Below are positions 1 to 12,410 of a stretch of DNA of 64,000 nucleotides, piece after piece. Source of the DNA: Rhizophagus irregularis. Taxonomy: Eukaryota. The notes beneath the pieces are model-generated. The model was not told the DNA's origin. It saw nothing but the letters and a program-made list of their open reading frames with translations, and searched no databases. Every line of letters begins with the position of its first letter. The stretch's first letter is position 1. The position numbers and the translations under genes were made by a program. The stretch spans positions 2,232,001 to 2,296,000 of the forward strand of contig NC_089433.1 in the NCBI RefSeq assembly GCF_026210795.1, written 5' to 3'.

Positions 1-3000
1 AATAATATGTTTTTTTTTACCTCAACTTCCAGAGTATATTGTGTTAAAGGATTTGTGGTAGTTGTAAGTTCGAAATTACGCATATTTTCAGGCTTAAGAA
101 CATATCCGCATCTACCATTAACGCTAAACATAGCTTGATTTATTTGCATACCGAGATCTGAATAAAAGTCCGTTAAAAAGTTTAATGATTATGAGATCTT
201 GAATAATTCTAAAAGAAATAGCAACCAACCAAATGTCTGCCAATTCAAAGCAACCAGTTGACTTCCAACCATCCATTGATGTTGTGGTTCATAATTTGAA
301 GAAGCTATACGATATCCTGATGGATAGATACGTGACAAATGTCGAGAATTATGTTGGATAAAAGACTGCTTATCTGTTTTGGTAAGTCGAGTTGCAACTC
401 TCTCAGAAAATGAAGACATGTGGTAAAACTTAGAATTTCCTTTGTTAACTATTATTACAGCAAATTTTTTTTTTGATTAGTATTCTAGCGAAATAATGTA
501 AATACAAAGTATTAAAAAATAAGTAATAACAATTCCTACGACTATTATCGAATCCTTTGAATTTGACAGCTGAACAATAAACTACTAAATCAGAGAGAGC
601 TTTGGCAACTTTTGATTTGCCCTTTTTATGTTTTTTATCTGCGTTATCTTAAAAAGATTAGATAAATTAATAATTTAATCGAATGTTTTAATATAACACG
701 ATTATATTACCTTTTGATTCAACATCTGATTCTGGATCTGTGGCAGATTCTGTGTCAGTAGCAGAATCAAAAAGATCTTCCGCTGTACCATGTGGAAGAT
801 TTTTTCCCTATAAAAATCGAGATTTAGATTCCTTGAAAAAATTGAAAATATTTTAAAAAAAAAAGATTGGCTTTAACTTACCTTTAATAAAATTTTATAC
901 ATCAAACTATCGGGGCTGGGCAGTTCTGATTCATCGTCCGAAAAAAATTTGGTAACAAGATGCTCGCCTAAAATCTCAGATAAAATTTTCGCCATGTGTT
1001 CTTGTTGTTCGATAGAGCAATGAACTTCAAGTGATAAAATTAACGGGTAAGGACTTGCTTTAAACGCATAAGTACGAATAGCAGAAATGGCATCTTGAAA
1101 TAAAATTTTCGAAGTCCTGTTTTTAGAAAAAAATTTTAATCTTCGTTATATATGAAAGGAAATTTATAATGGACATTTTATAACGAACCAAGTATGACCA
1201 TGTGTAACTATAGGTCCATCAGGCCCATCCCAACAATCGACTATTATTTTGAAATAGTAAAATTTTAATTAAAGAAGGATATTATAAAATTTTTATAGAT
1301 AGTAATAACTAATTGAACATACTTTCAACACATCGACACCCTCGTTGTAAAACACGGATATAACCTTCTATGGAAGATTCTCCTGTCAATTGATGACCGA
1401 GAAGATACCTAATTTAAAAATAATTTAGTTTAATTGGTCAAAAATGGTTAAATACACAGTCGATAAATATACTAACATACGTATTATGAGAAGAATCGAT
1501 AAAGTAATGACATAAAGGATGAGTCATATCCTGATAGAGTTTGGCATGATCTGAAGCAAAAACAGAATTATCGCTAGACATCAAAAAGCTATTAAATCCT
1601 TCCAAGCTCATTTCATTAAGGTCTTTATCACAGAATTTATAATAAAGGTTATCATAATCTTCCTTTAAATTACACTGTACAGAACTAAAATGGTAAGTCC
1701 AAAGCATCATTCATTTGTAGTTAAAGTAATTGTTCACATACCTTTTGTACAATCAATAGAAAATCTTTGAATTCTTGCAGAGTCAAGATATCTTTTTTAG
1801 TTTTTGCAAGAGACTCAAAAAGGTTATCTAATTCTGGTCGCTTCTTAATTATCTTTACAAATCGTTGAAAGTCGGTGAAATCAAGCCACCCATTATTTTG
1901 TGTATCGGCTTCCTATTAGATCAAAATCATTACGAATTTAATAAATATTATAAAAAGATGTACACGAAATATATATATATATGTGCATGTATTACTAACA
2001 CCGAATTTTGCTTTTAAAGATTGCCTTGACATATTTATGTTCAGTTGACGACATAATCTAGAAACTTCATCAAATACTAATTTTGAATCCCCATCTTTAT
2101 TAGCTTGTTTCCAATGCTGTTTCAGCCAAATGGACTGTCTTTTCCTTAAATGTCCTAATCCTCCTATCATATCTTTTCTATGTAGATATAATCTTTGCAG
2201 ATTATCTACCCATTTATTGAATAAATCAGCAGTCTCAGCAAGAAGATGAAGTGATTTATATTTTCCTGCTTCAACATAAATTATTGTAAACCATCGATCT
2301 TCAAATTCTTTGCCGATCTTTGCATGAATACGAATATTACGGATCGCCTCCCCAATTCGAAGTTCCTTGATATTTTCAATATTGACTATAAAAAGATGAT
2401 CTTATATAAGTAATTATGCAATTTAAAGTCTAATCAATATCAAGATGAAAATCGAAATACCTTTTCCAGATTTTTTCGAATCCCATAATATGCGACCTTG
2501 ATCAACGTCAATTCTAAATGTTCGTCGCTGCTTCTTTTTTGCTGATACTTTATAAAGTATGGTACCCCGCGCGATACATGGATCTACTAAGATATCATCA
2601 GGGGAATGAAACTCAACAGGCGAAGAAGAAACAGGTATACTTCTAGAAAGGATATGCGGTTTGATCTTATTTATCTCTTTTTTGGCAGGTTCATTATCAA
2701 TTGAAGTAATTATCTTGGTGCTAGTTATCTGAAGAGCATTATTATTAAATGTAGTATTAATGTTTGTAGACAGACTAGTGTTAACTTTACTACTATTTTT
2801 AACTTTTTCATCGGAAATTACTACGGACTTTCTATTCGAATCAGATGTAGTATTTTGTATAGATGAATTTCGATCATCTAACTCGCGATATGATGATTTA
2901 TCTAATGGGAAAGTATAAGCATGGTGTAGAGTTGAAGCGGAAGAGATCAACGGCTGTGTATTCATTGAAAAATCAATATCCGAATGGGATCTCGTTAAAT

Positions 3001-3571
3001 GTTGTGAATCCACAAAAGAATTTATTGTATCTTTACTTTGGATCATATCAGATGATGATGTATCAGCTGTCTTAGCAAAGTGATTAAAATTATTGATGGA
3101 GAGGTAGGTAAGGTTGAAAGAATCATCAGCATCTCCAGTTTCTGAATTGATAATTTTCGCTTTATTTTTCATCAAGTTGGTTACTTGACTAATATTTGAA
3201 ACAACTTCATTATCTACCCTATTATTTTGACCAATAGTATGTGAAAAATTACTTCTCAATGAAGGTTCTTTACTTCCGCTTACGTTTGAATCTATTCTCG
3301 CGTCTGCGTGGTGAAAATTATTCTCAAACGCGTCAAGTTTAACAGATTGGCTAATAGATTTATCTCTAACTAGCGACTTGTTAGATTGCTCCATTTTGTG
3401 TAAATGTTCCAAAGTGTCCTTTTCCGGTTTAAAAGAAATTTCAGGTGTCTCCAAGTCTTGTTTACCGCCGGGAAAATCTGATTTTATATTAATAACTTTG
3501 TTATTAGACTTTTGTTTTTTTGAACACTTTTTCCGTAAGACCGAAACGGCCAACACGGCACAAGCAAACAT
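1..3571 (-). CDS. PLC1: Phosphoinositide-specific phospholipase C (PH, EF-hand, X and Y catalytic boxes); multi-exon, 3' end runs off the window
   Basis: Exon translations [84 protein letters not shown] are PI-PLC X/Y box motifs. About 12 short GT-AG introns. Start codon uncertain (long low-complexity N-terminal exon). Confidence 0.93.
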
Positions 3572-4829
3572 GTTTCAAATGGGAAATATTGTGCATGAAT
3601 GAAAAAAATGGTAAGTAATATATTCAAAACTCGATCGGCTTGAAATAAGGTAAATGTTAAAAATTAACAGAATATGTGAAGAACTTGTTGATAAAATCAA
3701 ATCTGTGGCTATGTAATGAAAATACCGGCGATTTACCCGTTGAAACACCCATAGGTTTTGCACGAACAAAATTAACATTAACACCTACCGTAAACAAATA
3801 ATTGCACAATTTAAGTGTATCGAACCGATACAAAAAAGAGGAGAAATGAAAAACATTGAGGTATAAAATAATCAATGGTTAATAAAATAAAAATAATTAA
3901 TTGTTACTCAAAAAAATGCCATCCGTTGGGAAAATTATATATTTAGTCCACAAAGAGCTTTAGTGTTACGTGATGTTGTGTTGAGTTACAATCTCTATAT
4001 ATGACAGATAATCTGTCCTAAAGAAGAACCAGTTTCAAAATTTTTGATTATTGAGAATTATTAAAAAGGGTAATGTATCATATATAAAATAACTTATAAT
4101 TGTATGATTGTATTACAAAAAATTAATTTATGAAATGTGATAGTAAAAACATAAAAAAGACAATGTATTTATTTCTATTACTTTCCAAACGGGTTATTAT
4201 GAAAGGCAGTTCGGAGTTACTGACGATCAAATCATTGTATTTGATTCGTACAAGTTATTCAATTTAGTCTAGCGAGTTTAACTGGTAATTATTAAGATCG
4301 GCCATCAGAGTGCATGGCAAATTAAAAAAATATTTGGACGTTAAATAAAGGATAATCTGGGTATATATATAAAAAATAAGGTAAATAACCTTCGGCGCAT
4401 GAATAACTGCGGGTAAAATTTACCATTTTAATTCTTATTAAACCGGAAATTTTTTAAAAAAAAAAATTCCGATAATCGACTGAATAGTTAAACCTTTATT
4501 TATTAAAATAACAGAAATTTTACGCAGTAAAATTAGAAAAAGTGTGGAAATGGAAAATTTTGAAGCTCTGAAATATCACCCTCTTCGTTAGTCCGTTTTT
4601 TTTTGTTTTGATTGGATCTGAATCTGATAAAAATGAATAGAGACTTTCTAAAAACTTTTAATAATATATAAAAATAATTGAGAGAAAAAAAAGATTGTTA
4701 TCTCACATTAAAATTTGATGACTCAACATAATTTTAAAATTGTCTTACCTAATTCATTTAATGAAATAATTAAATGTATATTTGTTTCTTGCTGATAGAG
4801 CATCTATATAAAAAACAATTCATTAATTT

Positions 4830-5600
4830 GGAATTTGTTGGTTATGGGAGATTTTTGAATTTAAAAGTCTGCTAGTATAAACTTCTCAGATATATTTCAT
4901 TCCTTTCTGATTTATAAGTTCATTATCAGATACTCTATCATGATACTATTTTTTATTATTTGATATAATTCTAAAGCAGTCTTTCTATCTCCTGCTTTAG
5001 CCATTCAACAACTAATGAGAAATATCGTTATAAAGAATTTCTTCTAATAAAAATTCATTTTGCATATTGATATCTACGCAAAACTTTTAGAAGTCCAGTT
5101 AATAAATCGTAAATCTTGAATATATATTATTAAATTGTTAAAAAATTTCTTAAATATTCAGGTATGCAATATTTTAAAGCCTTAATATTATCCCAATACC
5201 GGATCTTAAGTCATTCCAATAAATAATGAAGATTAAATCTAATACAAATTATTAAAAGGGAAATTAATTACAAATAAAAATTGGATTAATATAGAGTAAA
5301 TTATTTTAATTACCTCATTTAAAAAATTTATACTTATATTAAGTATTATTTAACTTCTTTAATAACATTCTGTACCATCTTCGATTTTTAATATAATATA
5401 CCCTTCAGGTAAATCGGCTGAATAAATTTCACCAAACACCACTTTTGATAATAGAAGTAACATTTTTAAAAATTCCAAAAGGTATCCACTCTATTATGTT
5501 GTCATTTTTTTGTATTAAATTATCAATATTTTCATTTTCACTAGTCCAAATTTTAATTTTTCCATAAATCTTTTAACATTATAGGGTTGACATCAATACC
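4830..5600 (-). pseudogene. Heavily decayed tyrosine-kinase-like (TKL) kinase fragment
   Basis: Minus strand reads IWTSENENIDNLIQK..IIEWIPFGIFKNVTSII, then a frameshift, then FGEIYSA, and later FKNLP*PTN. These resemble the expanded glomeromycotan kinase family (WTSGN..ID..IQ / EWIPY). Many stops and frameshifts; boundaries approximate. Confidence 0.65.
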
Positions 5601-6683
5601 CTCCTGCGCATGGTTCATTTCATTCTCCATATATCTCATATGAATTTCTTTTTCTAAACCCATAAAAATTACTTCTTTGCTGTCTGTTCCGATTTAACTG
5701 AGGAAATTGTTACATGAGACAAAATAAAAAATAGGGTAAGCTATTTGAAATTATACCATGGTTATACACTAACTGCTAATACCAGTAAAAAAATTTTAAT
5801 TCCTTTTTATCAAATCAATGTGCACAAGTATAAATTATAAATTTTGAATTTTCTACACGTGAAATATAACCAATCAAATATCCCTCATTATAACGAATAA
5901 GCCAATTAAATTTTTTAAATTCTTCGCTAATCATGTAACGAATTTGAGGAGGGTTCGTTGTATCAAAAGCTGAAAATTGTCTAATTATTAAAATACTATG
6001 GTGATTTTTACATATTTTAGAAAATAAAAAACTAATTTTTTTTATTATTTTCACTTACTTCCCAGTTCCCATCTATATATACATATATTTTTTTTTTATA
6101 TAATTTTTTACTTTATATAAGCTTGTATATAATATCTATATCCATTAAAATTAAATATAGCTTTTAAACTTTATTATTATTTTATTACTCAAAATAATTA
6201 ATAAATATTTCCAATAAATCAATGGCTTAATACAATGCAATAATAATTTTATTATAAATTATTGAAAATTGCTAAATATCACCAGTAGTAACTATTACCA
6301 GTCTAAAAAATTTTAATTTATATTTTTATATATAATTTTATAAGAGAAAAAAGATTTTCTAAGTTTAAAAATGCAATATTTTGACTAAAATACTGATTTA
6401 AGCAACACATTTTTTTTAACTTTATTATATAAAAATAAGGTTTTCTTATATTAAAAAGGTTGTTATTTAAGCATTTTTTAAGAAAAACATAAAAATTTGA
6501 TTTTGTAAGTAAATTACTTAAAAAAAAATTCTTTTTATTAAAAATTTTCAAATTTTAATGTATTTAGAATAATCTAATAGTAATTATTTTACATATTTGT
6601 TATTTAAATTATCTAAATTTTTAATAAATAAATTTAATTCTAACTGAAATTATTAATTTTAATTAGAATTAAATGATAACAAT

Positions 6684-6849
6684 TAGGGTACTGCCAGATA
6701 TTACTTAATATTTTAGGAGGAGGAAAGGTAACTAAAGATCTTAGATTACATATAATATTATATAAGGAATTATATATATAACATATTTTACCTAGGGGGG
6801 TAAACTCTTATACTAAAGTGATATTAGGTAATATCTGACAGTGCTCTTA
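6684..6849. mobile_element. Decayed MITE, about 165 bp, TAGGG-type termini
   Basis: TAGGGTACTGCCAGATATTACTTAATAT ... ATATTAGGTAATATCTGACAGTGCTCTTA imperfect inverted repeat; no clean TSD. Confidence 0.6.
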
Positions 6850-7326
6850 TCAGTAGTAATAATTATTATTAGTAAACTTTAGCAATATCTTAAATTATTT
6901 ATATTATAAAATTATATATAAAAAGATATACACTTTTGCAATTTGATATATTTATATAAATAAAATCAATAAACTAATTTTTTTATCATTTTATTAGTTG
7001 TATAAAGCAGCTACTGAAAGAAATAAATTAAAAGATGTATTTGTTATATTTATAGATTTATATAAAACTGATTAATTAGTATTTATAAATGAATTTTTTA
7101 AAGATAAGTATACAACAATATCAAATACATTTGTATAGTTATTTTAAAGTAAAAATATAATTGCTATAGGACTGCTATAGATATTATAAAAGTAATTATA
7201 TAAAATAAAGATTTAAGAATTTGTTATTTTGCAAGTAGTAACTATATTATTTTATAAATTTTACTATGTTTAACATTTATATCTTTTATTATTATTATTA
7301 TTATATCCAAAAAGAATAGTGCTTCT

Positions 7327-7485
7327 TAGGGTAGTGATATTTATTACATAATATTTTAGGGGGTGGGAGGGTATTTGAAGATTATATAACATATAAGTGT
7401 AATGTAAGATTTTTCATATTATATGGGGGTGGGTGGATATAAGCTTATAGTGAATGAATATTACGTAATAAATGTCATCGCCCTT
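7327..7485. mobile_element. Decayed MITE, about 160 bp, related to 6684-6849
   Basis: TAGGGTAGTGATATTTATTACATAATATT ... AATATTACGTAATAAATGTCATCGCCCT inverted repeat; internal ATATTTTAGG-G-rich motif shared with 6684-6849. Confidence 0.6.
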
Positions 7486-7531
7486 ATTAAACCATATAAA
7501 AAATCATTTAAAAAAAAAAAAATATTGCTTC

Positions 7532-8307
7532 TTTTTTTTTTTTTTTAAAACTTTATTATAGATGCGATCATGTCATATTATAATCGTCTTACTTACATAT
7601 ATAAACTTACAAAATATAAGATAAACAAATACGTATAAGAATTAAACATTATGAAACAAGACTACTTTTCATAAAGAACAAGTCGACACGTATTTCAAAC
7701 GATCACATCATTGTTAAAAACCATGATGCGACCTTAAATTCAAAGGCGACTGTCATGATCTACCTAAAAATTTGCCCAATGACCACCACGATGGAATGCC
7801 AAATCATTCCATTTATTCCAATTACTTTCTAACATATTACAGCCAAGTCAACATTTTTAACACCCACTTCAGTGCGTTTACTATGTGACTTAGCTTTTTT
7901 ATCTTTAACGCTAATACCGCATCACTTTTCTTCCTTTATTTGTAACTCGTTCCTTGGTTCCCAAATAAGCACTTTGAATTCTAATAAAACTCTCCCAGTT
8001 ATTTGTTTCAGTACCTTATACAACAATTTTTCTTCAGTTATTTTATAGCACCTTAATAATTCTATTAACTGACAACTAACTTGATTTTTCATTAAAAATG
8101 TAAAATCATATAAGTGTCCAATATCCCACATACCAAGCTCATTAATTTTAACTTTTAATTCTTGTATATCTATATCATCTCTTGAATACTCCTGTATAAT
8201 TGTAGCTAAAAAATTTTTTAATCGTTTACACGTTATAAATAACGTGCATATATGATTCTTTCTTTATTAAAAAAGCTGTATGTACATACTATCGAATACA
8301 GAATGAT
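7532..8307 (-). mobile_element. 5'-truncated non-LTR retrotransposon (LINE) 3' end with poly(A) tail
   Basis: TSD AAAATATTGCTTC (7519-7531) / AAAATAATGCTTC (8308-8320). T15 tract at 7532-7546 preceded on the minus strand by AATAAA. Decayed ORF end FKVLIWEPRNELQIKEEK*CGI...GGHWANF* (stop 7764-7766) resembles LINE ORF2 C-termini as I recall them. Confidence 0.8.
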
Positions 8308-9790
8308 AAAATAATGCTTCTTATTTAAAGGAAAATCACAAAAATCAGACTTATGCTAAATAAATTGCATCTTATTTATTAGCAAATATACTCTATGAAT
8401 TATAACATTTATGTTTAAATATTATATTTAATAAATATAACTATTATATATAAATAAATTCTTTTCTAAATAAAAATAGTATTTTAGTTCTTAATAATAT
8501 TAAAATATATTATAATCAAAAACTTCTCAATTATTTAAACATTTTTAAAGTAAAAGTTAGAATTTTTACCACTAATTAAAACGGTCTATTTTGCAATTAT
8601 ACAATTATAAGTATATATTATCACATTGTTTTTGTACAAGTTTATTATTTTTGAATTTTTTTTTTGTAGTTTCGTGTTTTTTCAGGTTTTTTTTTAAATA
8701 TCATCTGTATGTGACGATCACATATCTTTTATTTTATAACACTTACCTATTATTGTATTAATGATATTAATGATAATCATATGATCTCTTAATTAACCAT
8801 ATGATGATCATTTTCATATGAGTTAATATACGTATTTGGTTTAATAATTTTGATGATAATCATGGCTTAGCTAAATATGAATTAACCACGTTATATTTAT
8901 GCAAAAATGCGGAGTTAAAAACATTTTTTTCCCATCGCTATTTTTTTATTGTTAAAATTTTTATTTTGGTTTCTAATTATAGCTGAAGAACAAGAATAAG
9001 TGCAAGAGCGAAAAGCGAAAGCAAGAGGATAACTTTGATACTTTTCCATGTGATTCCTTTTTAGAAGAATCAATTATTGATTATGATGATGAGGATTATG
9101 AGAAAAGTGACAGTGAAATAGTAGCAGAAATGGCTGAAATTCAAATTACTGAAACTGAAACTGAAATTTCTAACACTAGTTCCAAAGAATTGAGGAGTGC
9201 TCGAGTTTGGAAGCATTTTGAAAAACAGACAATTGAAGAGGAAAATGAAACAACTGAAACTTTTATTTTATGTAAAATTTGTGAAGGCCATTTCTCCGCA
9301 AAAAATTCTACCACAACTCTTGAACGTCATTTAAAATCAAAACATCCTAATGTATATAATAACTTAGAACAAGAAGAAACTAGGACAATACCTTGGACAG
9401 CTGAAACACATAAAGAGAAACATAAGCTTTTTGTCAATTGGATTATTACTGACCAACAACCATTTACAATTGTTGAGAATCAGAATTTTAAAAAATTTAT
9501 AGCATCTATTCAACCAAGGCATAAAATACCATCTCGACATACATTAAAAGATATGATAATGAATAAGTTCAAAAATGCACAGATTCAAATAAATAACTAC
9601 CTTCAACTCTCAACCTCTAAGATTTCATTAACAATGGACATTATCACGAAGTTAAACTAAGCATTTACCAACCATTTATTAAATGCTTTAAGAATATTTA
9701 ATTTAAGTGCTTATTAAACAAGTTTCAACGCAGCTTGTATTCGATAAGCATTATTTTTTTATTGCTAATTGATTAATAGAAATTAATATA

Positions 9791-10268
9791 CAGTCAGACC
9801 CCCATACAGTCACACCCTATACAGTCATACCTCTTTATAAGAACTCGATTTTGAGAAACGGTTTTAAATACTATCAAATTACCCCTTTATAATCACAATT
9901 TGACTATAATCACTATCACCGCATAATCCCAAACGGATATATCATTTCTATTAGTGATTAGACCTCTATTAGTCACATCATAATTTCGGCCAAAAAGCAA
10001 TTTCGCCCAGAATTACGAAACATATAATTTTTTCTTTCCTTTTTAGGAATTAATGTTACACGACATTCCAACACAAAATCGGCAAAAAAAAATTTTGTGG
10101 AACGGCTATCACCAAAAAAGGAAATATCCGTAGTGATCACATAATTTTATAAATTATAATTTACTAATTTCGGCCAAAATTAAGATATAGTACCTGTATA
10201 TAAGCACACCCCTATACAATCACTGATTTTATGGGAACCAATTAGGTGACTATATGGGGGTCTGACTG
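9791..10268. mobile_element. Tc1/mariner-pogo-type MITE, 478 bp
   Basis: 23-bp TIR CAGTCAGACCCCCATAYAGTCAC with 1 mismatch, flanked by TA on both sides. Confidence 0.9.
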
Positions 10269-10621
10269 TAATTAAATTACTTAAATTAATTATATAATAA
10301 ACACCATTTTAGTATTGATATTTTATTACGGCATAATTTATATTTTATTATTATATTTTATACATTTTTCTATTATATTACATATAATATATAGTATCTT
10401 TATATTATGACTAATTTACTTTTTCAGACCTTACTACTATTTAAATTAGAAATTTGCGAAATTCCATATATAATAGGATATTATATTCAGTAACAGCCAA
10501 AAAGAAACAAAATTAAATAATGCATTCTCTGGTTGTAGCAGAAAGTGCGGTATAAAAAAACTGAAGGCAGAACAGACCACCACAAGCCACAGATCATCAC
10601 TACATATAGAGACCAGGTCGT

Positions 10622-12410
10622 CTAAAAAAAAGAAAAATTGAAACGTTAATAAAAACGTTCCGCTAAAAGAAATATATTCAAAAAAAATTCTCCTTACCAA
10701 AATTCTACGCGTCCAAAGATCTGAGCGTCTAGAAAAAAGATAAATCAAAGCGTTAATAAAGCATTTCGTTAAAAAGAAATAAATCAAAGAAAAATTCTAA
10801 TACCAATTAAAATCTACGCATCCAATAATCTGATCGCCTAAAAAAAGAAGGATTGAAATGTCAGTGAGAACATTTTGCTAAAAGAAATAAATTCAAAAAA
10901 ATATTTTTGATTTTTCCTACCGATATTCCATACCAAAAGCCCGACCATCTAAATAAAAAAATTGAAACGTTAAAAACGCTTCATTCATTTCGTTTAAACA
11001 AATAATAAAGTAAAATAATAGCCCACCAAATCTAACATGTTCAGACCTGAAGAGCAAACTGACTAAAAAAAAGAAAGAAATGAATATGATTAGTAATCTT
11101 TGTTAAAAGAAATAAATTAAATATAAAAAAACTTACGAATTCGTGCCTAGGAAATTTTGAAGTTGACTAAAAAAAGAATAATAAATAAAGCGTTAATAAA
11201 CATTTTGTTAAAATAAATAAAAGAAAAAGTTACTTACCGAAATTTCACATCCAAAGAAGACTCGCCTAAAAAAAAATAAAAAAACGAAATTGTTAGATTA
11301 ACATTTCGTTATAATAAAAAAATTTAAGAAACAAAAATATATACCGTAATCCGCGTGTTCAAAGACTTAAAAAAAAAGAAGCTGTCTAAAAAAGAGAAAG
11401 AAAACGAAACATTAGTAAATGTTTCATTAAAGAATAATTAAAAAATAGCCCCTCTCCTACCAAATTCAAGTATTCAAAAATCCAAGCCGTCCAAACTCCA
11501 GAAACCAGAAAGATCCGCCTAAAAAAGAAAAAGAAACGAACTGTTAGTATGGTTCGTTAAAAACAAAAAAATTAGTAAAAAAAAATTAAGACTTACCGAA
11601 TTCCCAAGCCATCATCAATTTATTTTATTTTTAGTTAAGCTAAAAAAGAAAAAAAAGCGAATTGTTAATAACAGTTTGTTAAAGTAGTTAAATTAAGAAA
11701 AATAAAAAAAACGTACTTAAGACTCACGTATCAAAGAAACCAAGAGTCTAAGTGAAGTTGTCCCTAAAGAAAAAGAAAAGAAATGTTAGTGATATTCCCA
11801 AAATACACAATTCCAACTCCTTCAATTTACAACTTACCTTTCATCAAGTTTTCTAGCCGAAGTCTGAGTCCAGGTGTTGTCTCTATAGAAAAGAATGAAA
11901 TGAACATTAGCATTAGTAACATTCTTAAATAAAAGAAAAAGTTCCAGCTTCACACATCCCTTCCCATAAAGTTCTTTGCCGAAATCCAAGCTCAGGAAAA
12001 AGGAAGAAATAGTAAAGTTTCATAATGAAACTTACCATTATTGAGATTTAATATTACTGCCCGATATTTCAAAAAAAACCTACAAAAAAAAAATAGCAAA
12101 AGAAACGTTATTTAGCGTTTCTATTGAAAAAAAAGGAAAAAATGATAAGTTTCACTATGAAACTTACCATTACACTTTACAGAAATCCCGCGTCCAAAAA
12201 ATTATTTCTTGAACTTACACTGGTTTAACATTTTCTTTACCGGTTAGACTATTTTTTTGTAGGTTTCAGTTTTAACTAGTTTCGAAGTGGTTTTCTACAA
12301 AATAATAAAAATGAAGTAAACGAAATCTAATAAAAAAAACAAAATTAGAACCAAAGAAATGAAAAACGATAATAAAAAAAATCAATCAACTTACCAACCA
12401 GGAACATTCC
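10622..12410 (-). ncRNA. Putative multi-micro-exon, apparently non-coding transcription unit (at least 14 introns)
   Basis: Repeating minus-strand donor (GTAAG/GTAGG/GTAT), branch (YTRAY), polypyrimidine tract and TAG acceptor about every 105-135 bp. Transcription is not shown; the call is from splice signals only. Confidence 0.6.

Noticed and set aside
10446..10787. 113-aa minus-strand ORF
   Set aside because: Reads through intron units of the micro-exon array; non-ATG start; no recognisable domain.
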